The notes under the pieces: model-generated
What the model was told of the DNA's origin: nothing
Databases searched by the model: none
The model's input: the letters and a program-made list of their open reading frames with translations, nothing else
Made by a program: the position numbers and the translations under genes
Shown here: positions 1 through 9,157 of the stretch, piece by piece
Position numbering within the stretch: position 1 is the first letter of the stretch
Layout: every line of letters starts with the position of its first letter
DNA from: a virus
Lineage: Duplodnaviria > Caudoviricetes
DNA: 64,000 bases
Virus record (IMG/VR): IMGVR_UViG_3300031993_000010
Span: 1 to 64,000 of that record
Direction: 5' to 3' (one strand)

Positions 1-1149
1 AGACGTGAAGGTGAGACGGACGAGGAATATGAAGATAGAGTAAGGATGACAAGGTATGGATACCATATACCTTCGTTCGGTATTACATTTGGTAGGCAAA
101 ATAACCATATATTCAAGAATGTCAGCCCTAGTATGAGTAACCCGATACAGACCGAACAATCAATTAAAGCAATGTCTGCAATAGCGCAGAAGGGAAAGGG
201 CGGTGCAGGACACTCAGTTGTATTTCATGGACAGGATTTGTGGAATATATATTCGGGCTATTCATATAATTGCAAGGTGGATATGATGGGCAATGCACAG
301 ATTATGCCACTTATGTATTTCCAAATGCTTAACATTCCGATGTTCAGGGGCGCGTATATGGTTTTCAAGGTGACACATTCCATGCGCCCTGGTGACATGA
401 CAACGTCAATAGAGGGTATGAAGATGTCAAGATATACACTGCCGTGGTGTGAGGAATGGTTCACTGATGTCTATTTCGACAAGGATGGAAATATCATTTC
501 GAAGGAGGAATATTATAATTTACAGAATTGTGGGGAAGATGATTTAGATGTTGGCACACAATATTTTGCAGCAAAGAAAAGTGAAAAGGCATTGGAAATT
601 AATGATGGTAAACCGTTAGGGAGTACAAAGAAGGATTATACAGAAACCGAAGCTTATAGTAAAACGGTAATTGCAGTTGTACATGTCAGAACGGGAAAGG
701 ATAAAGAAGCGTATGCATTGTTAAGGGTACATAAAAAAGTTGCAAATACAGTTGTTAAAATTTTTAATGAAATATATACAAAATGTCCTGATTTTTATTT
801 CTCTATAGATAGAGCGGAAACAAAACAATATAACGAAGCAAAGGTTTTGTCTGATGCGGAAAGCGAAAAAATTGGAAAGATACAAACAGGTACGTTTTAT
901 GCTTATAGTTACAGAAATGTATCAGGTAAAGGGTGTTTATCCAATCATGCGTATGGAGTTGCAATCGATATTAATCCTGCAAACAATCCATATACAAAAA
1001 ACACTTCAGAATTATCGAAGTCATATAATAAAAACAAGTCTGTGAGAAAAACAAGTGACGATGTAGTAAAGATATTTTATGATAACGGATGGGGATGGGG
1101 TGGAACTTATTATGACTTTATGCATTTCAGTTACTTCAATGGTGCTTAA
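1..1149 (+). CDS. C-terminal part of a virion/baseplate-hub protein ending in an M15-family (L-Ala-D-Glu/D,D-peptidase-like) peptidoglycan peptidase; 5'-truncated by window
   Basis: Frame is open from base 1. M15 motifs YSYR, SNHAYGVAIDINP and WGWGG..YDFMHF. Upstream part (G.AQIMPLMYFQM.NIPMFRGAYM..KVTHS) resembles a phage hub domain. Confidence 0.8.
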   Translation, partial: RREGETDEEYEDRVRMTRYGYHIPSFGITFGRQNNHIFKNVSPSMSNPIQTEQSIKAMSAIAQKGKGGAGHSVVFHGQDLWNIYSGYSYNCKVDMMGNAQIMPLMYFQMLNIPMFRGAYMVFKVTHSMRPGDMTTSIEGMKMSRYTLPWCEEWFTDVYFDKDGNIISKEEYYNLQNCGEDDLDVGTQYFAAKKSEKALEINDGKPLGSTKKDYTETEAYSKTVIAVVHVRTGKDKEAYALLRVHKKVANTVVKIFNEIYTKCPDFYFSIDRAETKQYNEAKVLSDAESEKIGKIQTGTFYAYSYRNVSGKGCLSNHAYGVAIDINPANNPYTKNTSELSKSYNKNKSVRKTSDDVVKIFYDNGWGWGGTYYDFMHFSYFNGA

Positions 1150-1172
1150 TAAATTATAAAAAATAAATAATT

Positions 1173-1712
1173 ATGGCTTGTGGTTCAGCGTCAGAGAACT
1201 CATCATGTGTAGGAACAAAGACAATACAACTAACCGATGAGGAAAAAAAGAACAATAGAATGATTCTTCTGAAGGTTCTATTGGATAACGGATTCAGTTG
1301 TGTCGCCGCTTCAGGGGTAGTGGGTAACATAATGGGTGAGTCAGGTGGCAATCCAACTGCATACAACTCTTGTGATGGAGTAGAATGTACACCGAGTGTG
1401 GGTATATGCCAATGGCATGGCTCAAGATACACACGACTGAATGATTTTGCCAATAAACAAGGTAAGCCGTGGAATGACATGGAACTACAGGCACAGTTTA
1501 TGATATGGGAATTCAATAATACACATAAAGAGGCCGCAAAGAAGATAAAGGAACAAACCACTCCTGAAGATGCTGCTATTGCATGCTGCATTTTTTACGA
1601 AGTTGCGGCTCATTGTCACAACCCTTGGAAGACGAACGGAAAATGGGATTGTTCTAAAAACAGAAAACAAGCAGCACAAGAAATGTATCAAAAATGCACA
1701 AATCAACAATAA
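1173..1712 (+). CDS. phage tail lysozyme (Phage_lysozyme2-like)
   Basis: AASGVVGNIMGESGGNP, GICQWHGSR, LQAQFMIWE and final R...AQEMY are typical of tail-lysozyme domains. Confidence 0.8.
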   Translation: MACGSASENSSCVGTKTIQLTDEEKKNNRMILLKVLLDNGFSCVAASGVVGNIMGESGGNPTAYNSCDGVECTPSVGICQWHGSRYTRLNDFANKQGKPWNDMELQAQFMIWEFNNTHKEAAKKIKEQTTPEDAAIACCIFYEVAAHCHNPWKTNGKWDCSKNRKQAAQEMYQKCTNQQ

Positions 1713-1714
1713 AT

Positions 1715-1725
1715 TAGTATATTTA
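1715..1725 (+). promoter_or_regulatory. putative promoter TAGTATATTTA, followed by an inverted repeat at 1723-1742
   Basis: Matches the recurrent intergenic motif; lies upstream of the 1750 ORF. Confidence 0.5.
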
Positions 1726-1749
1726 CATCAGCACTGATGTAAGACACGA

Positions 1750-2370
1750 ATGAAAAAATATTTGGGAAACATAGTAACCGCATACAAAAGGGAGAAGTTT
1801 TCTCCTTTTTTTAATGTGGTGAAGGACATGCAGGAAATTATAGACGGATTACCCACATTGGTAATCGGCTTGGAAAACGCAAGGAACGAGATAGACGGGT
1901 TCACGATACTGAACAAACACTACAATGACAATATGTTGTGGTGGACATACAAGAAGACGGAGCGCAAGTATGAGTTTGACGAGGATATAGTTTCATTTTA
2001 TGATTTCTGCACAAACACGTTTCTTGAAAAATACAGGTATGTTTATATTGACATTCCCAGATTCAGGTACAACAGACTGAAAAAATTAATCAATTATATC
2101 AATTCGCCGATTGACAAATTATGTTTCCAGACAAGAGACAATAATTTTCTATTTATCTACGACACTTTATCCAATAATGTGTTTGGACTTTCCTTGACAT
2201 TGCTTGAGTATATCGGAATAGAGAAGGGTAAGGTCATAAAGAGGGTCAAGGCGAACCGTATGAACAGGTTTGTATACGACACGTCGTTTATCGACCAAAG
2301 ACTGAGGGGTGTGATAGGTGCCAATACACACTATATTCTTCCGTTGGCGGAAGTTTTTCTGAGTGTTTGA
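1750..2370 (+). CDS. hypothetical protein
   Basis: 206-aa ORF with genome-typical codon usage. Confidence 0.7.
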   Translation: MKKYLGNIVTAYKREKFSPFFNVVKDMQEIIDGLPTLVIGLENARNEIDGFTILNKHYNDNMLWWTYKKTERKYEFDEDIVSFYDFCTNTFLEKYRYVYIDIPRFRYNRLKKLINYINSPIDKLCFQTRDNNFLFIYDTLSNNVFGLSLTLLEYIGIEKGKVIKRVKANRMNRFVYDTSFIDQRLRGVIGANTHYILPLAEVFLSV

Positions 2371-2378
2371 TATTTATA
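2369..2378 (+). promoter_or_regulatory. putative late-type promoter GATATTTATA
   Basis: Recurrent motif ~20 nt upstream of the ATG at 2399. Confidence 0.55.
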
Positions 2379-2398
2379 TATAATAAAAGTATACTATT

Positions 2399-2725
2399 AT
2401 GTTTAAAGTGAGAAACAAGAAAACCTATGCAAAACATGTAAGGAGGAGACCCGAGAACATTGTTAAGCCGACAATTAAGACAAATGTGAGTGTAAAGGTT
2501 GAGAAGAAAGACACCAAGTTGGTTGACGTGTTGTTGGAGAAAAAACAGATACTTCCCAAAGAGGAGAAGAAGGTGGAGGAAGTAATGGCGGTTGTAATGG
2601 AAGAACCTGCAACCACCATTGAAGAGGTTGTGGAGGAAGAAAACAACGGTGAGGAAACTCAAAAGCCCGCCGTCAAGAGGAAAACCAGAAAACCAAAAAC
2701 AGAAAATAACGAAACAAAAGAATAA
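2399..2725 (+). CDS. hypothetical protein with basic N-terminus and acidic centre
   Basis: 108-aa Lys/Glu-rich ORF. Confidence 0.65.
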   Translation: MFKVRNKKTYAKHVRRRPENIVKPTIKTNVSVKVEKKDTKLVDVLLEKKQILPKEEKKVEEVMAVVMEEPATTIEEVVEEENNGEETQKPAVKRKTRKPKTENNETKE

Positions 2726-2729
2726 CATT

Positions 2730-2888
2730 ATGGATAAGAAACTTAAAGAAATGGAAAACATGCTTGGTATAGAGAATACCGAGGAAACCAACGTTAAGGT
2801 TGAGAGAAAAGAGAAGGGCCTTTATGAGAGAACCACAAAGAAACCCGTTCTTATAACCGAGGATAACAAAGTAATGCTTACCGACTAA
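2730..2888 (+). CDS. small hypothetical protein
   Basis: ATG 2730 follows the previous stop; MDKKLKEM...LITEDNKVMLTD. Confidence 0.6.
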   Translation: MDKKLKEMENMLGIENTEETNVKVERKEKGLYERTTKKPVLITEDNKVMLTD

Positions 2889-2918
2889 AAATAATTAAAC
2901 AATGGGTACAGATTAAAA

Positions 2919-3746
2919 ATGGATTATAAATTCATAAAAGAGAATCATCTTGAAGAGTCTGTGAACAGACTTCGTAAGATAAACGAATATGTTGTTAATC
3001 CCTATACAAGGGAAGTTGATGACCCCAATCAAGGTCAGCAATCCCCAATGGATGGTGGTGCTTCTGATATGAACCAAGGTGGTATGCCGCCTCAGGGTGA
3101 TGGACAGGCACCTGATATGGGACAGCAACCTCCAATGGACGGTGGACAAAGTGGTGACATGGGTCAAGGACAACAGCCCCCAATGGATGGACAGGCTCCT
3201 GATATGGGTGGTGATGCAATGCCACCTCAAGGCGGTGAGGATATTCCCGTAGGAACAGAAGTTCCTGACAATGGTGAAGGTGAAACCCCTGAAGGTGACG
3301 AGACAGTTGGTGAAGACGATGAGGTTATTGATGTTGATGAACTCACCAATTCGCAGGAAGCCGCTGAATACAAAATTGACGGTGTAGATGATAAACTTTC
3401 CAAACTCATGGGAATGGTTTCAAAATTTGAACAGGCAATTGAGGCAAGTGACGCAAAGATAGAAGACCTCAAGGCTGAGTTCGAGAAAAGAAACCCGACC
3501 AATGCGGAACGTATCAATATCCGTTCAATGAACAGTAAACCCTTTAATGTCAACCCGACAGAGTATTGGGATGAACAGAGAGAGAAAAATCCCAACTACG
3601 ATGTGATTTCCGACAACAGTGTTTCTCCAGACAAGGAGGACAAACTCTATAAAATAACTGATGCCGATTTGGGTGATTTCACCTCAGGTGACTTGGAGAG
3701 GAGTTTCAATAATTTCCCGAAAGACCTGAAGGATTACTTCAACTAA
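2919..3746 (+). CDS. acidic protein with G/Q/P/M/D repeats and coiled coil; candidate prohead core/internal protein
   Basis: N-terminal IKE/LEE/INE motifs, low-complexity repeat region, acidic linker, coiled coil. Confidence 0.65.
   Translation: MDYKFIKENHLEESVNRLRKINEYVVNPYTREVDDPNQGQQSPMDGGASDMNQGGMPPQGDGQAPDMGQQPPMDGGQSGDMGQGQQPPMDGQAPDMGGDAMPPQGGEDIPVGTEVPDNGEGETPEGDETVGEDDEVIDVDELTNSQEAAEYKIDGVDDKLSKLMGMVSKFEQAIEASDAKIEDLKAEFEKRNPTNAERINIRSMNSKPFNVNPTEYWDEQREKNPNYDVISDNSVSPDKEDKLYKITDADLGDFTSGDLERSFNNFPKDLKDYFN
3030..3240 (+). repeat. degenerate in-frame repeats (GQQPPMDG, DGQAPDMG, MPPQG)
   Basis: gatggacaggcacctgatatggg and gatggacaggctcctgatatggg near-duplicates; MPPQG occurs twice. 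Confidence 0.8.
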
Positions 3747-3765
3747 TCGAGTCACAATATATAAT

Positions 3766-3798
3766 AAAAAGCGAACCCTAAAAAGTTCGCTTTTTTTT
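3766..3798 (+). terminator. rho-independent terminator
   Basis: aaaagcgaac...gttcgctttttttt hairpin plus U-tract. Confidence 0.8.
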
Positions 3799-3810
3799 CG
3801 CGTTTTTTAA

Positions 3811-3863
3811 CAAAAAAATAGTACATTTGTTTTGGATGAAAAATGGTTTGTGAGATATTTATT
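3811..3863 (+). promoter_or_regulatory. tandem promoters: Bacteroidota-type TACATTTG (3822-3829) and GATATTTAT (3854-3862)
   Basis: Both recurrent motifs precede the SSB gene. Confidence 0.6.
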
Positions 3864-3900
3864 ATATATACGATGCAAATAATAAAAAAACTTTAATAAT

Positions 3901-4929
3901 ATGTCAGATTACAATGAAAACACTCCTTTCAACGAGGAGGAAAAAGAAAGAAGAAATGAAAATGCAGGTAAGAAAAAATTTGACCCGAAGAATTACCTTA
4001 ACGTAAAGTTGGAAGAAAACGAAGACAAGAGGGAAGTCAGGATAAGAATTATCCCCGCCCAAGCAGGTTCCAACAAAATTTCCACAGACATTCACATTCA
4101 CAGCCTTAAGGTTGACCCGCAGATTGCAAAAAGCGGTTTCAAGACCTTTACTTGTTTGAATGACAAACATCTTGAAGGTCAGCACGGTTGCCCGTTCTGT
4201 GAGATGTTCGATGAATATGCTGAGGAAGCGAAGAAACTCAAGGACAAAGACGGAAACATCGCAAACAAGGAGGAATGGAAGACCCTTTGGAAACAGGCGT
4301 TCAAGTACCAACCCAAAATTGCTCACATCATCAGGGTTATCGACAGAGACCATGAGGATGAGGGTGTCAAGTTTTGGCGTTTTAACGAGTGGGACAACGG
4401 CAAGGGTAGTTATGACGAACTCAAGCGTATCTACAAGCAGTATAACGAAAACGCTGCGATAGAGAAATACGAGAATGAGTTCAAGAAGACCCCTTCCAAG
4501 GAAGAACTCGAGAACTATATGAAGACCGAGGACGGCAAACTTATCAGTTTCTATGACGTGTTTAATCTCAAAGACGGTCACGACATTATACTTACCCTTA
4601 CAAAGGGCGAGAACACAAAAGACAGGACTGAAGTTTCAATCGCAGCCGACCTGAGGGCAAAACCGTTGTCCTTAGACGAGGAACAGGTTGAAAAATGGAT
4701 AAACGACGAAAAGACATGGCAGGATGCCTATGCTGTCAAGAATTACGATTACCTTAAAGTTGTTCTTGAAGGTGGCATACCTGTATTCGACAGAACTTTA
4801 GGTAAATATGTGTCGAGGGAAGAAAAGGAAAACAATGACAAGCAGGCGGAAGCCGAGGCTGTCAATGAAATCAACAAGGCTATCAAGGATTCCGTGGAAT
4901 CAGAACCTACCGATGACCTTCCTTTCTAA
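3901..4929 (+). CDS. single-stranded DNA-binding protein, T4 gp32-like
   Basis: H..C..CPFC zinc motif, VIDRD.EDEGVKFWRF, G.DIILT, acidic C-terminal tail DDLPF. Confidence 0.8.
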   Translation: MSDYNENTPFNEEEKERRNENAGKKKFDPKNYLNVKLEENEDKREVRIRIIPAQAGSNKISTDIHIHSLKVDPQIAKSGFKTFTCLNDKHLEGQHGCPFCEMFDEYAEEAKKLKDKDGNIANKEEWKTLWKQAFKYQPKIAHIIRVIDRDHEDEGVKFWRFNEWDNGKGSYDELKRIYKQYNENAAIEKYENEFKKTPSKEELENYMKTEDGKLISFYDVFNLKDGHDIILTLTKGENTKDRTEVSIAADLRAKPLSLDEEQVEKWINDEKTWQDAYAVKNYDYLKVVLEGGIPVFDRTLGKYVSREEKENNDKQAEAEAVNEINKAIKDSVESEPTDDLPF

Positions 4930-4939
4930 CAAACTCACG

Positions 4940-4968
4940 GGGAGAGTGAATAAACTCTCCCATTATTT
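4940..4968 (+). terminator. stem-loop / terminator
   Basis: gggagagt-gaataa-actctccc followed by attattt. Confidence 0.6.
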
Positions 4969-4985
4969 ACTTAAAGTTAAAAAAA

Positions 4986-5597
4986 ATGAGCAAATTATAT
5001 TTTGAATATAGCCCGATGAATAGTGGCAAAACCGCTACATTGCTGATGAAGGCTTATTCCTTTGACAAGAATGGGCTTGCTGTGATGTGCATGAAGCCTG
5101 AAATCGACACACGTGACGGTTATGGTATGATAAAGAGCAGGGTTGGCATTGAACGTAAGTGTTATGTCATTGGTAAGGATGTAACCGACCTGTATCCCTT
5201 AGTTCAACAGTACGCTGCGGACAACAACAATCAGTTACCGTCATGGATATTGATTGACGAAGCGCAGTTTTTGACTGAACAGCAGGTTGATTGGTTTGCG
5301 TGGTATGTTGACAATATGGATGTGAATGTCATATGCTATGGTCTGAGAACCGACTTTCAAGGAAAACTGTTTGAAGGCAGTAAAAGGCTGTTTGAAATGG
5401 CGGATTCGATAAACGAACTGAAACTAACCTGCAGTTGTGGGCGTAAAGCCATTATAAACGCAAGGGTTGATGAAATGGGGCGTGTTGTAACTGAAGGTGA
5501 ACAGGTTGAGATAGGCGGTAATGAGAGATATGTCTCAATGTGCCGCAAATGCTATAATAAGTACAAAAAAGACAATTGCGATGTACGAGAAAGATAA
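4986..5597 (+). CDS. tdk: thymidine kinase
   Basis: PMNSGKT, ILIDEAQF, CYGLRTDFQGKLFEGS, CSCG, IGGNERYVSMCRKC. Confidence 0.95.
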   Translation: MSKLYFEYSPMNSGKTATLLMKAYSFDKNGLAVMCMKPEIDTRDGYGMIKSRVGIERKCYVIGKDVTDLYPLVQQYAADNNNQLPSWILIDEAQFLTEQQVDWFAWYVDNMDVNVICYGLRTDFQGKLFEGSKRLFEMADSINELKLTCSCGRKAIINARVDEMGRVVTEGEQVEIGGNERYVSMCRKCYNKYKKDNCDVRER

Positions 5598-5901
5598 ACT
5601 CCACGTGGTCTTCTACATTGATGTAAGCGGTATCAGTGACTTTGATGTACCCGCCTACGTCAGTGAGATTGCAAATACATTCAAAAGCGCTGACAACAGT
5701 GTGGTCAAGTATTTTATACCGACAACAAGCGGTGAAACGAGGATTGAGGTGTTGCCCACATTCAAGCAGTTTATTCCACAGGAAGACCTTGACGATATAT
5801 TGACTGAGGAACTGACACCGCATTTCGATGAGATAAAGAAACGTGTGTTGGAACGTCTGTACGCCAAGGATGAAAAGAAACTTGACAGTAACTGTATATA
5901 A
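5581..5901 (+). CDS. hypothetical protein
   Basis: Likely ATG at 5581 overlapping the end of tdk. Confidence 0.65.
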   Translation: MYEKDKLHVVFYIDVSGISDFDVPAYVSEIANTFKSADNSVVKYFIPTTSGETRIEVLPTFKQFIPQEDLDDILTEELTPHFDEIKKRVLERLYAKDEKKLDSNCI

Positions 5902-5973
5902 TAAAGAAACACTTGACGTGATTAACACAACAATTTCAAATATGTAAATATAAAGTTATAAAACTGTAAACTT

Positions 5974-6579
5974 ATGAAAAATCTTTTAGAAAAAACGTAT
6001 GTTACAATGATGACAATGCTCGACAATTTTGAACGGTGCAAAGAAAAAATTGAAAGTAACGATGATAAAGATGATTGCCTTTTGGCGATTGAGAGGGCGA
6101 TTAGTGAAATAAAAAGCCTTGAGGATAAGTATGTGACAGTCTTGGATAGTATCAAGCCCGATGATAATACATTACCAAAAATAAGCGGAATAGAAGGTTA
6201 TGAAGCGTTGCCTGAAATATGGATTAGGGAACTGAAAAAAGGTGACAAAGTCAAGTGGACTTGGAAAAGACCAAATTTTGAAGAGGATTTGGAATGGAGG
6301 GTAGTGTCCATAAATAAAGTCTATAGCCCTTACAATTTTTTACCCGTTATTGCCGTATGTATTCACAACGACAAGTATAATGAGACAATCAAACTTCCCG
6401 ACAATTTTGAAAATCTTAGACGTTTAGATGATAATGGCAATGAAATACCGATAGCGTTATTTACACCAATGTTGGAAAACGAGGTGTTGACATATCCTCC
6501 ACATACACATAAGAGAATGACACCCGAAGAGGGGAGAAAATCCTTTGAGGAGTTTGCTAAAAAACAGAATAAAGAATAA
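5974..6579 (+). CDS. hypothetical protein
   Basis: 201-aa ORF. Confidence 0.65.
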   Translation: MKNLLEKTYVTMMTMLDNFERCKEKIESNDDKDDCLLAIERAISEIKSLEDKYVTVLDSIKPDDNTLPKISGIEGYEALPEIWIRELKKGDKVKWTWKRPNFEEDLEWRVVSINKVYSPYNFLPVIAVCIHNDKYNETIKLPDNFENLRRLDDNGNEIPIALFTPMLENEVLTYPPHTHKRMTPEEGRKSFEEFAKKQNKE

Positions 6580-6603
6580 TGTAAACATATAAATAATAGA
6601 TTT

Positions 6604-7818
6604 ATGAAACAAGCAGTAAAAAAAGGTGCGGGAGTCAAGACAAGCGGTCTTGCCGCATTCAAGGCAAAAAAAGGGTTAGGCTATCATGAAGGTGATAAGG
6701 TAACGACAGTATCAAGCAATGCTGACAAACCAATGCGTTGGCTGCTTATGCCCGAGGCATTCACCGATGCGCTGAAAATCCACATCCCTATGAATTATGT
6801 GACATTGGTGGTTGGTCATTCCAACAGCGGTAAAAGCACCGTGTTGAACCATGCCATTGTAGCGGCGCAGAAGCAGGGAATGATTCCCGTAATATTCGAT
6901 ACGGAGAACAATTTTGATTTCACTTATGCAAAAGACATGGGTATGGAGGCTGAACCTGTATATGGTGACGTTGAGGTTGAGGTTGTCGACCCTGAAACAG
7001 GTGAAGTGTCATATATAACCGAACGAAGAATCGTAAACTATGAGGGAAATTTCCTCTATTTCAACAATGCAATCCTTGCCGAAACCTACGGCAAGAATGA
7101 TTACAGTACAGGAAAGGAAAACCCCAAGGGGCGTAAGGTTGCTGTTATTGAGGACATTGCCTTCTGTATGAACGAACTTCTCACCGCACAGGATGAGGGT
7201 GAGATTGAAAGCGGTTTCGTCTTTATTTGGGATTCAGTTGGTTCAATATCATCATATAAGAGTTACAAGAGTTCAACCAACAATGCAATGTGGGATGCGG
7301 GCGCAATATCCGTTGCGTTCAATGGTATTGTGAACGACAGGATACCACGTTCCAGAAAAGTGTCCTCAAAATACGATAACACTTTCATTGCATGTAACAA
7401 GGTTTGGCTTGATTCAATGAGCAACCCGATGCCCGGTGCGCCTCCGTCATTGTCATTGAAGGGCGGTAACGCTCTTTTCTATGCAGCACGTCTTATTATT
7501 CTTTGCGGCGGACAGTTGAAGGCGGGTGTCAAGAAACTCACAGCCACTTCGAAGGGGCTGAACTACAACTATGCCTTGCAAACCAAGTTAAAAGTGCTGA
7601 AAAACCAACTTCCAAGCCCATATACAGTTACATATGAAGGTGATGTGATTTGTACACCTCATGGTTTGATAAGTACAGACAAGACCGTGCTTGACAACTA
7701 CAAGAAAAATCATGTGGCCGACATCCTCAAGCACCTCAACGAGACATCGACTAACGGAGAGGTTGTTACAGATGCGGACAGCATTGAGTATGGCGAGGAG
7801 GAAGAGACCGAGGTATGA
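6604..7818 (+). CDS. recA: RecA/UvsX-like recombinase
   Basis: Walker A GHSNSGKST, VIFDTENNFD, FIWDSVGS, KGGNALFYAA, K.KVLKNQL. Confidence 0.85.
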   Translation: MKQAVKKGAGVKTSGLAAFKAKKGLGYHEGDKVTTVSSNADKPMRWLLMPEAFTDALKIHIPMNYVTLVVGHSNSGKSTVLNHAIVAAQKQGMIPVIFDTENNFDFTYAKDMGMEAEPVYGDVEVEVVDPETGEVSYITERRIVNYEGNFLYFNNAILAETYGKNDYSTGKENPKGRKVAVIEDIAFCMNELLTAQDEGEIESGFVFIWDSVGSISSYKSYKSSTNNAMWDAGAISVAFNGIVNDRIPRSRKVSSKYDNTFIACNKVWLDSMSNPMPGAPPSLSLKGGNALFYAARLIILCGGQLKAGVKKLTATSKGLNYNYALQTKLKVLKNQLPSPYTVTYEGDVICTPHGLISTDKTVLDNYKKNHVADILKHLNETSTNGEVVTDADSIEYGEEEETEV

Positions 7819-7827
7819 AGATAATTT

Positions 7828-7853
7828 GGGGTGGATAAAAAATCCACCCCTTT
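7828..7853 (+). terminator. rho-independent terminator
   Basis: ggggtggat-aaaaa-atccacccc-ttt. Confidence 0.7.
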
Positions 7854-7881
7854 AATAACACTATAAAAATGTATAAGCGTT

Positions 7882-8790
7882 ATGTTCACGAACAGAAAGA
7901 AGATAAAATTTGATTACTGTACTGATGATGAATGCGCTATTTTGCTGAATGAATCGAGGCACCGCATGGATTTCCTTGATAAACTAAAGGATAATATTTT
8001 CATAAAAATTAAGGAAAGTGTGGATGTAATGCTGAATGAGCAAAAATTTGGCAGTACATTTGTTTTTGATGAAGAAAATGATTTTTTTGGGAGAATGTTC
8101 ATACATATCATCCTTGTCAAGGTTGATAATATAAACAATGCACGGAATTACGGTGGTAATTATTACAACGAGAAGGAATTGACAAAAGGGAAACTTTTTG
8201 AAGTTGATTTTGAAATAACGATTGGTGTTAATGATGGTGGGCAATACAACGAAAACTATATCAAAACAATAATAGACCATGAAATCACACACCTTTATGA
8301 TGATTTTGAGTGGCAAGCAACAGGCCACAAACCTTTGATAGATAAGAGCGAAGGTAATAAGGATAATTTCATAAGAGATAACATAAATTCAAACGATGGT
8401 ATGTTGAAATCATTGGCGTGGTGTCTTTATCTCGATAACTGGGTTGAAGAAAACGCATTTATCAACCAAGCCTATACTGAGTTTTCCAATGTTGGAATGA
8501 CAAGACGGAATGTTCATACAAAAATTAAGTCAACAGTTGCATACAGAAATTACAACAAGGCTAAGATAGATATGGGCTATTATATTGGCAACAATAGTGA
8601 ACAGTATCTAAAAAGCATTTACAATAATATACTTTCTAAATATGGTAAGATTGGAATCCCGTCCCCCGCACAAGAAAACAATTACAGAAACAAACTCAGA
8701 ATGTGGTCGGATAACATATTCAGACATTTCATAAAACGTTACTGTTCAATTGTGTCTGAATATTTAGACAACCTACCTTTGAATCGATAA
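7882..8790 (+). CDS. HExxH zinc-metallopeptidase-like protein
   Basis: IIDHEITHLYD plus downstream EENAF; leader has LLNES/IKES/MLNE. Confidence 0.55.
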   Translation: MFTNRKKIKFDYCTDDECAILLNESRHRMDFLDKLKDNIFIKIKESVDVMLNEQKFGSTFVFDEENDFFGRMFIHIILVKVDNINNARNYGGNYYNEKELTKGKLFEVDFEITIGVNDGGQYNENYIKTIIDHEITHLYDDFEWQATGHKPLIDKSEGNKDNFIRDNINSNDGMLKSLAWCLYLDNWVEENAFINQAYTEFSNVGMTRRNVHTKIKSTVAYRNYNKAKIDMGYYIGNNSEQYLKSIYNNILSKYGKIGIPSPAQENNYRNKLRMWSDNIFRHFIKRYCSIVSEYLDNLPLNR

Positions 8791-8821
8791 TTTTTTGAAA
8801 AAATCCTTGTTTTTCCATCCG

Positions 8822-8837
8822 AAAAATAGTATATTTG
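8822..8837 (+). promoter_or_regulatory. Bacteroidota-type promoter AAAAATAGTATATTTG
   Basis: TAnnTTTG -7 consensus, with a TTG about 20 nt upstream. Confidence 0.7.
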
Positions 8838-8875
8838 TATTGATAAGTTAATAAATCTTTAAAACTTTTAAGAAA

Positions 8876-9064
8876 ATGAAAAAAATCAGTGAAATTTACG
8901 ACAAATTGATTGAAACAGTTCAGGGCGTTAATGATGACGTTAAGAAATTTGACGGCGGTAACAAGAGTGCAGGCACCCGTGTCCGCAAGGCTATGCAGGA
9001 CATCAAGGTTATTGCACAGGAAATCCGTGAAACCGTCAGCGAAATCAAAAACGCTGAGAAATAA
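8876..9064 (+). CDS. histone H1-like (Hc1-family) small DNA-binding protein
   Basis: D..KF..GNKSAGTRVRKAMQDIK..AQEIR signature of Bacteroidota Hc1-like proteins. Confidence 0.8.
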   Translation: MKKISEIYDKLIETVQGVNDDVKKFDGGNKSAGTRVRKAMQDIKVIAQEIRETVSEIKNAEK

Positions 9065-9083
9065 CCTCAATCAAGGCAGGGAT

Positions 9084-9118
9084 GGGAATGGGATAATTTA
9101 ATCCCATTCCCTTATTTT
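9084..9118 (+). terminator. rho-independent terminator
   Basis: gggaatggga...tcccattccc-ttatttt. Confidence 0.75.
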
Positions 9119-9157
9119 ACAGTTCATATTGTTGTGCCACGTTGATTATAATTAAAA

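Noticed and set aside
3030-3240. Collagen-like or CRISPR-like repeat
   Set aside because: No Gly-X-Y periodicity and no spacer structure; it is an in-frame low-complexity linker.
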